The notes beneath the pieces are model-generated. The model made no database searches. It was not told where the DNA came from and was given only the letters and a program-made list of their open reading frames with translations. From contig CAXHJY010000523.1 of NCBI GenBank assembly GCA_964016885.1, positions 1 through 64,000 of the forward strand: a stretch of 64,000 nt of DNA, read 5' to 3'. Positions within the stretch are counted from its first letter, which is position 1; every line of letters starts with the position of its first letter. The translations under genes and the position numbers were made by a program. This DNA comes from Eledone cirrhosa. Taxonomy: Eukaryota. Shown in pieces: positions 1 through 8,547 of this stretch.

Positions 1-277
1 TAACACCAACCACATTTACAGTGTGGAACTGGGAACTTTTTACCATGTTACCTACACGGCCACATTACAGCATGGACTGTGTGTTTTTTTGTTGTGACAC
101 CTACACGATCTCGATCTCATTATCTCATTTATTTTGACTGGATGTTGTGGTATCAACTTTACAGAGAGAGGGTGGTATTGGTGGGAGTGGGAGGATAGGG
201 TAAGGGTAGTGGATTGGGGTGTATATTTGGTTAAGAGGTGCCTACTGATTGTAGGTTTGGCTTTGTACATAGGCAAG
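1..277 (-). mobile_element. RTE-clade LINE 3' UTR, 5'-truncated copy A (continues off the left edge)
   Basis: Co-linear diverged copy of 418-670, from taacaccaacca to cctactga.tgtaggttt...ctttgtac.taggcaag. That segment is the 3' UTR and last codons of the RT ORF in copy B. Confidence 0.85.
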
Positions 278-280
278 TGT

Positions 281-1370
281 ATCATCATCATCATCATCTA
301 AACGTCCATCTTCCACGCTAGCATGGGTTTGGATGGGAATTGTCCCACTTGAGGCAAGATTGGTTGTCTTGCTCATATAGGACTGTCTGGTGGGTTTCTA
401 CGGCTGGATGCCCTTCCTAACACCAACCATGTTTACAGTGTGGACTGGGAGGTTTTTACCGTGTTACCTACACGGCCACATTACAGCGTGGACTGTGTGT
501 TTTTTTTGTCATGACACCTACATGACCTCATTTATTTCGGACTGGATGTTGTAGTACCAACATAACTTTACATCGAAAGGGGTGTGGATTGGGTGGGGGT
601 AGTGGGACGGGGGTGTATTTTGGTTAAGAGGTACCTACTGACTGTAGGTTTCACTTTGTACTTAGGCAAGGCGGGTCTTCTGTATTACTGCATAGCGCCA
701 AAGATCTCGGTCCAGTGACATTGTCTTGGAGAGGTGTAAGTGTGTAAGGTCGGAATTTATCAAGTCGTCCCAAGTTTTTCTGGGTCTGCCTACTCCATAG
801 CTACCGTATATTTTTATCGCCCTGCACTTTTTTATACAGCTGTCGTCTTTCATGCGCATCACGTGACCATACCAATGTAGTCTTCTCTCGAGTAAACAGC
901 ATCTGATCCCTCTTATTCCTAATTTCTCACTTAGTTCATTTATGCTTTGCTGTTCACGTATATTACTATTACACATCCAACGGAGCATGCAAGCTTCGTT
1001 CCTCTCCAGTCTGCGTAGATCCTCTGCACACAATGCCCATGTCTCACTGCCATGTAACATCGCTGTTCGTATGCAGGCATCATACAGCCTGCCTTTCCTT
1101 TTAGAGAGAAACCTTTAGCAGCCAATAGTGGTATAAGCTCTCTGAACTTTTTCCATCCCGTTCTGACTCTAGCTACTGTACTTTCAGAGCATCCTCCCCC
1201 ACTGCTGATTTTGTCACCCAGGTAGCGGAAGTGTCCACTATTTCTATAGAACCATCTGGGCAATGGAATGAGCTAGTATTCGGTGGGCATTTGCTACTAC
1301 TTATTGCACCTGATCACATATAAAATCTATATTCTTAGTTAGCTTACCTGTGATCCCACTACATATTTTA

Positions 1371-1375
<5 letters not shown>
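281..1375 (-). mobile_element. RTE-clade non-LTR retrotransposon, 5'-truncated copy B (RT C-terminal part, 3' UTR, (GAT)6 tail)
   Basis: Translations FRYLGDKISSGGGCSESTVARVRTGWKKFREL, MLHGSETW, RRLHWYGHVMRM and GRPRKTW are hallmark RTE RT/thumb motifs. Stop at 662-664, (ATC)6 at 281-298, subterminal near-palindrome ccacgctagcatgg at 313-326. Confidence 0.9.
662..1375 (-). pseudogene. Frameshifted RTE reverse transcriptase fragment
   Basis: Frames can be joined across breaks near 1315, 1232 and 1097: [20 protein letters not shown] / [27 protein letters not shown] / FRYLGD...GFSLK / KGRLYDACIRTAMLHGSETW...KTRLA*. Confidence 0.88.
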
Positions 1376-1425
<50 letters not shown>

Positions 1426-1516
1426 ATATGTATGTATATATATATATGTGTGCATGCATGTATGTATATATGTATATATATATATATATGTGTATGTATA
1501 TATGAATGTATATATA
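1371..1516. repeat. Compound (TA)n/(TG)n/(TATG)n microsatellite
   Basis: Directly visible. It abuts the 5' truncation point of RTE copy B. Confidence 0.95.
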
Positions 1517-1762
1517 GTGTATTTTGCAATACACTGTATGCTTAAGTAAAAGCATTTTGAAAACCTTACGCTATTGTTTTAAAGTAGTGACTATGTTACT
1601 TACTTCTTCTTTCAGCAAACAAAGGTAGGTAAGCTGACAGATCTCTATTTCGTACTGTTGGTATGAAAGACACTACTTTAAAACAATAGCGTAAGGTCTT
1701 CAAAATGCTTTTAATTAAGCATACAGTGTATTGCAAAATACATATATATACATTCATATATA
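1497..1762. mobile_element. Fold-back element (MITE-like or inverted retroelement ends): arms of about 93 bp, 81-bp spacer
   Basis: 1497-1589 is the reverse complement of 1671-1762 with about 3 differences. Both arms end in (TA)n. Confidence 0.75.
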
Positions 1763-1867
1763 TATCGCTATTTCAGAGCACCAATTCGAATTTTCAATTT
1801 TTGCTGGACTGGCAACCGCTCTGTATAATCAGTTCCTGATTATTACTGGAATCGGCAGTGGATACAG

Positions 1868-2059
1868 GCAAAGGCAGTGGATACTCCTGTTACCTGTCAT
1901 TTCCATTCCCCAGGTCACTCTTCCCTACATGTCTCAGTCCTGGGTGTTCTTTTACATCACGGATCACAGACCTCATGCACCAACACTGAACAGAGTCTGA
2001 TTTACCACCTTGGGTCCTGTTTCCCTCATGGACTCAACTTCCCACCCCAATCTTTTTAA
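1868..2059 (+). pseudogene. Penelope-like element GIY-YIG endonuclease C-terminal remnant
   Basis: DTPVTCHFHSPGHSSLHVSVLGV...EQSLIYHLGSCFPHGLN fits the PLE endonuclease C-terminal pattern PVAxHFNxxGHS...EQxLIxxLGTLxPxGLN. A C/T- and (CA)-rich tail follows to about 2340. Confidence 0.75.
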
Positions 2060-2710
2060 CATTACACATATACATTCGTGCTTATTTCTCTACCCTTTGC
2101 CCCGTCACATTTACCCTGTCTATTATCACACACACGCTTGTACATTCATCCCTAGATTCTATGGCTCTCTTATGGTCAGAAACATATACTCTTACACCTC
2201 ATCTTTTCCCTTCACAGCTCTGTAGACACACACACACTCCCTTATATTAACATACTTTTGCTCACAGCTTCGTACTTACAAGCACACACACATTCTTTTA
2301 CTTATATATACACACACATATCCTCTTAGCTTCGTATGGACATATGGATCTTTCATGCATATGGCGATGTTGAAAATATTGTCATTTTCTTGCCATAAAA
2401 GTATAGTATTTAAAATGGTAATAACTTTTAACAATAAGTGTTATAGTTCTTAAAACGTTGTGAAATTTGAAAACACTTGATTCAAGAAAACACTTGACTT
2501 AATAATATTTTACTATCAGAGCCTGTGATCAGTGATGCGGATGAGCAGCTTGTTATCAAGCCAGCATTAGATTAAACAGAAACAGTATAGCAGTGTGTTA
2601 TCAGCAGCTGATCTTCATTATTCCTGTAAATATTCACAGAGATTATTTAATTGGTGGAGTAATTTGGTTCATATGAAAAACGGATGGAAACAGTTACCAT
2701 ATGTACTCAT

Positions 2711-2903
2711 ATCATGAACGACCATTGTTTTGCACCTAAAAAGTTCCACTCCAAAGCACAAGCTTTGGTAAGGTGTGTTTGTGGAATACCAGTAATCATC
2801 TATGCATATCAGTCTCCCCTCTCCATGCTACCAATGTTGTCCAAGGGAAAGGCAATGTCCGATAGAGTTTAGCAGCAGTGACATCGCAACTCATTACTAC
2901 AGC
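2711..2903 (-). mobile_element. Degenerate SINE-like / RTE-associated interspersed repeat fragment
   Basis: GC-richer island (tcatgaacgaccat...tgcacctaaaaagttcc...ctcccctctccatg...gttgtccaagggaaaggcaa...cagtgacatcgcaactcatt.ctacagc). It resembles an abundant cephalopod SINE as I recall it; family and strand are not verified. Confidence 0.5.
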
Positions 2904-2904
2904 A

Positions 2905-3135
2905 ATGTGAAGACAAAAGCAAGAATAAGGGAAGTAAAAATAAAAACATAAATACAAATATAGGTATAAACATGATTGAAAGGGGTCCTTGAGGGAGGGT
3001 ACAAAGATTGGGTTTCTGAAGGATTTGTAGAAGAAAGAAAGGAAGAAAGAAAGAGGTAAAGAAAGACGGACAGAAAGACAGATGGACGGACGGGAGGGAG
3101 TTTGGAAGGAAAGAAAGAAAGAAAGAAAGGGAAAA
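2905..3135. repeat. Purine-rich low-complexity tract with (GAAA)n and (GGAC)n
   Basis: Directly visible simple repeats, e.g. gaaagaaagaaagaaagaaag near 3109-3129. Confidence 0.8.
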
Positions 3136-3748
3136 TGGTTTTTGATAGAGGTTTCTTTGGAGTTATGATTTTTCCTGTTATTTTGTGGTGTGTGCGTGTG
3201 TGGTTGCAAATATATAGGTTTTCTTAAAGGTGTGTGTAAATTTGTTATTTCCAACTATAGATCACAATTACATATTTAATTGTGGTTTATATTTATATTT
3301 TTTAAATGAATTGTTTTTCTTTATTTATTTACTGTTGCTGAGTGAAAGTGTCTGAGCATTTGTAGTGTGAGAAAATCATATATAATATATATACATATAT
3401 TTAGTAATAAAAGAAAAGCACAAACAAGGGACAGGTCCCCTCTTCAGTTGTCTGCTAGAGGTTTCAGACATTTTAATGCATTAAAGACAATATGTCTATC
3501 TCCAGCACGTCAATAACTTTTGTAAGTTATTGGGGAAGGAAAACAGGAGAGAGAAAAAATAAATTAAACAGAAGAGAAAAAAAGAGAAAAAAGGGAAAAA
3601 AGACGGAGAAAACATATCGAGAAGGGGGGCACGAGGAGAAGGACATGTATGTAAGTAATATATATATATATACCAGATAGGGTGTGGTAAAAACCAGCTA
3701 AACCATAACCCACCAGAGTACTCGATACTTGCGGTAGTAGAGTGGGTA

Positions 3749-3807
3749 ATATGAAAAGATTCAGGACCCCGAAGGCTGAGCTCCGGCCGTTTTGAATCTT
3801 TTCATAT
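3749..3807. repeat. Perfect 15-bp inverted repeat around a GC-rich 29-nt loop, in a segment bounded by (TA)n
   Basis: atatgaaaagattca (3749-3763) pairs with tgaatcttttcatat (3793-3807). Confidence 0.8.
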
Positions 3808-4345
3808 ATATAAACATCTATATATATACATATAAACATTTTGATTCCGATATTCTGTAAAATTCAATGGACGTAGGATTAAAAAAACTTCTTTCAGAGT
3901 TCACTTATACAAGAATATTACCAAAAAGCAAAATGATTATATAATGTAATACATATAATAGGTACTAAAGTAATCAGAATATAAGATATATTACTTACTT
4001 ATTATACCTAAAACTAAACCTATACAGCTGTTTTAAATTTCAAAGAAAAAAACCCCACAGACTACCATAATTAAAATAAATAAAGCAGAACTAGTGGAAT
4101 TGAAGACAAAAGCTTTCGTCTTTGAACTTATACCACAAAATCTAATTTGCTCATTAAGAAATTAATTGAAAAAGTGACTCATCGCTGTAGTTAAATTAGC
4201 AAATGACACCACAATAGAATAAAAGCTAACTATATATATATGTGGGGGTTTAAAATATTATACTTAAACCATTCAAACATTAACTGAATGACCATTCAAT
4301 ATGTGTAAGAAGAGTATAAATTTTATTTTCCGAAGAAAAGAGTTG

Positions 4346-4386
4346 CAGTGACTTCGAAGTTTCAGTTTAGCTACTTCATCTGGCTG
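4346..4386 (-). ncRNA. Type I minimal hammerhead ribozyme-like motif (one core substitution)
   Basis: Minus strand reads cagc-CAGAUGA-AGU(agcuaa)ACU-GAA-ACUUCGAAGU-C-acug. It has a CUGAUGA box with U4>A, a 3-bp stem II, GAAA, a palindromic stem III, a GUC cleavage triplet and stem I cag/cug. Confidence 0.6.
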
Positions 4387-4492
4387 GTAAATTTAATGTA
4401 GATATAACTACACTTTTTAATTAGAAACTTTCACTGTGAAATGAAGTGTAAACACTTTCAACTGTTCCTCTATACACAGAAACATTAAGAGA

Positions 4493-4539
4493 TTTCTTTT
4501 ATGCATTTTGAATTTTTTTTGTCTCATCATCAGAAAATA
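4493..4539 (-). ncRNA. Decayed hammerhead ribozyme remnant
   Basis: Minus strand tatttt-CTGATGA-tgagac(a8)ttc-AAAATGCAT-a-aaag. cAAAATGCAT is what CGAAACGCGT becomes after CpG deamination. Confidence 0.45.
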
Positions 4540-4700
4540 ACTATCTCCATAATTCTATGTACAGAGGAATATTATTAGAGTAGTACTATGTCAAACAAGA
4601 TCTAGAAGATAGCTGAAATGGTCAAGATAATTTACATAACATGCATATATTTGGAATTATATTTAAATAATAAATATTTACACTGTAAAGTATCATAATG

Positions 4701-4940
4701 GACACACCACAAAAAGCGCCCAGTCCACACTGTAAAGTGGCCATGTAAGCGTCATGACAAAAAGCACCCAGTACTCACTGTAAATGAGATTGGCACAAGG
4801 AAGGACATCCAGTTGTAGAAACCAAGCCAGTTCTGTATGAGCAAGATATGGTCACCTGACCTGGCATTGCTCATAACAGGATAACTTGTCTAATCCATGC
4901 CAGCATGGAAACATGGATGTTAAATGGTGATGATGATGAT
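4701..4940 (+). mobile_element. RTE-family 3' end (copy C) with (GAT)n tail
   Basis: Reverse-complement homologue of about 281-515 (aggaaggacatccagttgtagaaacca; tgagcaaga; ccatgccagcatggaa..atggatgttaaatggtgatgatgatgat). Possible degenerate TSD gtatcataa (4690-4698) / gtattataa (4943-4951). Confidence 0.82.
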
Positions 4941-4959
4941 ATGTATTATAAGGAGTAGT

Positions 4960-5005
4960 TATCTTCTGATGAAGAAACAAAAATCTCAAAAATGCATAAA
5001 AGGTA
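4960..5005 (+). ncRNA. Decayed hammerhead ribozyme remnant
   Basis: tatctt-CTGATGA-aga(aacaaaaa)tct-c-AAAAATGCAT-aa-aaggta. Stem I is tatctt/aaggta, stem II is aga/tct, and the GAAACGCGT box is CpG-decayed. Confidence 0.45.
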
Positions 5006-5313
5006 ATCTCATGTATTTTCTGTGTACAAAGGAATAATTGAGTGTTTAAACTTCATTATTTTCACAGCAAAGGTTTCTAATTAAAAAGAAAACTAGTCTA
5101 CATTGAATTTATCTAATAAAGATAATATAGATGTTATAGAGTGAAGGTAAAGCAAAGATGTTTCTAAATATCAAATATCATGAAGCATCAATGAAAACGT
5201 AAGTGGGCCCTCCACTGTTAGGTATTATAGAAGAGATGGGAGAGGATGAAAATAATTGAAGATAGATTGTGTTGCTAACGTAGTTAATACAATTCAGAAA
5301 AGGAAAGCAGGCG

Positions 5314-5558
5314 TTAACCATTTATCTATATAATATATTATATATTACATTGCACTATATATACTATTATATTTTCATGGTAAAGGCTTTACCTCACATA
5401 ATTATCTCACATAATATCGAATCTATGAGATTTTGAGGTTATCTATTTTGAGAACAATACCAAAATATCAGTATGAGCGGTCAGTTACAGTCAGTTTAAA
5501 CAGAAAGAGGTGAGAGATATCTGTCTGGATATGGCCGGTTTAAAGGCAAAAGGGTTAA
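5314..5558. mobile_element. Non-autonomous piggyBac-like DNA transposon remnant
   Basis: Right end ...ggatatggccggtttaaaggcaaaaGGG-TTAA (TTAA 5555-5558). Possible degenerate left end TTAA-ccattta (TTAA 5314-5317). TTAA plus CCC/GGG termini is the piggyBac signature. Confidence 0.45.
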
Positions 5559-5643
5559 AAGAGTGAAGGTGGCCATAGGGTTGATGATGAGGATGAATCA
5601 TACTTTGAATGATTTCATGGTTTCATCATTCTGTGATTTATAA

Positions 5644-6948
5644 AATTAGGTACCAGTAGTATACTGGCGTTAATTAGGTACCACAGAGGAATGTAGGAGT
5701 TAATTAGGCACCACAGAGCAATGTAGGAGTTAATTAGGCACCACAGAACAATGTAGTAGTTAATTAGGTACCATAGAGGAAAGTAGGAGTTAATTAGGCA
5801 CCACAGAACAATGTAGGAGTTAATTAGGTACCATAGAGGAATGTAGCAGTTAATTAGGTACCATAGAGGAAAGTAGGAGTTAATTAGGTACCATAGTGGA
5901 ATGTAGGAGTTAATTAGGTACCATAGTGTAATGTAGGAGTTAATTAGGTACCATAGAGGAATGTAGGAGTTAATTAGGTACCATAGAGGAAAGTAGGAGT
6001 TAATTAGGTACCATAGTGTAATGTAGGAGTTAATTAGGTACCATAGAGGAATGTAGGAGTTAATTAGGTACCATAGAGGAAAGTAGGAGTTAATTAGGTA
6101 CCATAGTGTAATGTAGGAGTTAATTAGGCACCATAGAGGAATGTAGGAGTTAATTAGGTACCATAGTGTAATGTAGGAGTTGATTAGGTACCATAGAGCA
6201 ACGTAAGAGTTAATTAGGTACCATAGAGGAAAGTAGGAGTTAATTAGGTACCATAGTGGAATGTAGGAGTTAATTAGGTACCATAGTGTAATGTAGGAGT
6301 TAATTAGGTACCATAGAGGAATGTAGGAGTTGATTAGGTACCATAGAGGAATGTAGAAGTTAATTAGGTACCATAGTGGAATGTAGGAGTTAATTAGGTA
6401 CCATAGTGGAATGTAGGAGTTAATTAGGTACCATAGTGGAATGTAGGAGTTAATTGGGTACCATAGTGGAATGTAGGAGTTAATTAGGCACCATAGAGGA
6501 ATGTAAGAGTTAATTAGGTACCATAGAGGAATGTAGGAGTTAATTAGGCACCATAGAGGAATGTAGGAGTTAATTAGGTACCATAGTGGAATGTAGGAGT
6601 TAATTAGGTACATAGTGTAATGTAGGAGTTAATTAGGCACCATAGAGGAATGTAGGAGTTAATTAGGTACCATAGAGGAATGTAGGAGTTAATTAGGTAC
6701 CATAGTGGAATGTAGGAGTTAATTAGGTACCATAGTGTAATGTAGGAGTTAATTAGGCACCATAGAGGAATGTAGGAGTTAATTAGGTACCATAGAGCAA
6801 CGTAAGAGTTAATTAGGTACCATAGTGGAAAGTAGGAGTTAATTAGGTACCATAGAGGAATGTAGGAGTTAATTAGGTACCATAGATTGATACAAGTGTT
6901 AATGAGGTACCACAGTGGAATGTAGGTGCTAATTAAGTAACATAGAGA
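5644..6948. repeat. 30-bp minisatellite, about 43 units, consensus TAATTAGGTACCATAGAGGAATGTAGGAGT
   Basis: Exact 30-bp register from 5671 to 6610, a single 1-bp deletion at about 6611, then register resumes. Terminal units are degenerate. Confidence 0.98.
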
Positions 6949-8547
6949 GATAAGGGATCACACACAAACTGAATATCTATTTATTACAGTGACATTAGTT
7001 GACAGTAAGGCACACACACACAGGCTGAATATCCACAGTGACACTAGTTGACAGTAAGACACATACACACAGACTGAGTATCCACAGTGACACTAGCTGA
7101 CAGTAAGACACACACACACAGACTGAGTATCCACAGTGACACTAGCTGACAGTAAGACACACACACACAGACTGAGTATCCACAGTGACACTAGTTGAGA
7201 GTAAGACACACACACACAGACTGAGTATCCACAGTGACACTAGTTGACAGTAAGACACACACAAACAGACTGAGTATCCACAGTGACACTAGCTGACAGT
7301 AAGACACACACACACAGACTGAGTATCCACAGTGACACTAGTTGACTGTAAGACACACACACAGACTGAGTATCCACAGTGACACTAGTTGACAGTAAGA
7401 CACACACACACAGACTGAATATCCACAGTGACACTAGCTGACAGTAAGACACACACACACAGACTGAGTATCCACAGTGACACTAGTTGACAGTAAGACA
7501 CACACAGGCTGAATATCAACAGAGACACTAGTTGACAGTAAGACACACACACACAGGCTGAATAACCACAGTGACACTAGTTGACAGTAAGACACACACA
7601 CACAGGCTGAATATCCACAGTGACACTAGTTGACTGTATCACACACATACGGGCTGAATATCCACAGTGACACTAGTTGACAGTAAGACACACACACACA
7701 CAGGCTGAATATCCACAGTGACACTAGTTGACAGTAAGACACACAGGCTGAATATCCACAGTGACACTAGTTGACAGTAAGACACACACACACAGGCTGA
7801 ATATCCACAGTGACACTAGTTGACAGTAAGAAACACACAGGCTGAATATCAAGAATGACACTAGTTGACAGTAAGACGCACACACACACAGGCTGAATAT
7901 CCACAGTGACACTAGTTGACACTAAGACACACACAAGCTGAATATCCACAGTGACACTAGTTGACAGTAAGACACACACAGGCTGAATATCAAGAATGAC
8001 ACTAGTTGACAGTAAGACGCACACACACACAGGCTGAATATCCACAGTTACACTAGTTGACAGTAAGACACACACAAGCTGAATATCCACAGTGACACTA
8101 GTTGACAGTAAGACACACACAAGCTGAATATCCACAGTGACACTAGTTGACTGTAAGACACACGCACACAGGCTGAATATCCACAGTGACACTGGTTCAC
8201 AGTAAGACACACACATGCTGAATATCCACAGTGACACTAGTTGACTGTAAGACACACACATGCTGAATATCCACAGTGACACTAGTTGACTGTAAGACAC
8301 ACACAGGCTGAATATCCACAGTGACACTAGTTGACAGTAAGACACACACACACAGGTTGAATATCCACACTGACACTGGTTCACAGTAAGACACACACAC
8401 ACACAGGTTGAATATCCACAGTGACACTAGTTGACAGTAAGACACACACAGGCTGAATATCCACAGTGACACTAGTTGACAATAAGACACACACACACAG
8501 GCTGAATATCTACAGTGACACTAGTTGACAGTAAGACACACGCAGGC

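Larger units (their letters stand above)
4386..5113. mobile_element. Diverged inverted repeat of about 170 bp (arms about 4386-4555 and 4945-5113), probably Penelope-type terminal repeats
   Basis: Shared reverse-complement blocks include aatgtaga, ctttttaattagaaac, ctgtgaaa, atgaagt.taaacact, tacacagaaa, cttttatgcatttt and tcatcagaa.ataacta. Each arm holds a decayed hammerhead. Confidence 0.7.

Noticed and set aside
52-297. 81-aa ORF beginning MMMMM
   Set aside because: The methionines come from the (GAT)n tail and the rest is RTE 3' UTR.
1301-1555. 84-aa ORF rich in YI repeats
   Set aside because: It is a translation of (TA)n; only the last 24 or so codons are real and belong to the RTE pseudogene.
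1766-1822. ctggcaaccgctctg resembling a GGTTGCCAG-type DNA transposon end
   Set aside because: No partner TIR or TSD found in the window.
2530-2570. cggatgag plus a gcttg/caagc hairpin as a hammerhead
   Set aside because: No GAAA box or stem III follows.
2684-3839. Short ORFs 2684-2872, 2796-3254, 3492-3680 and 3564-3839
   Set aside because: They overlap SINE-like or low-complexity sequence and show no recognisable domain.
4103-4122. 20-bp near-palindrome aagacaaaagctttcgtctt
   Set aside because: Isolated, with no ribozyme core or element context, and compatible with chance.
5644-6948. 30-bp array as a CRISPR or telomeric repeat
   Set aside because: Units are contiguous with no spacers. 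TTAGG is only a 5-bp part of an internal 30-mer.
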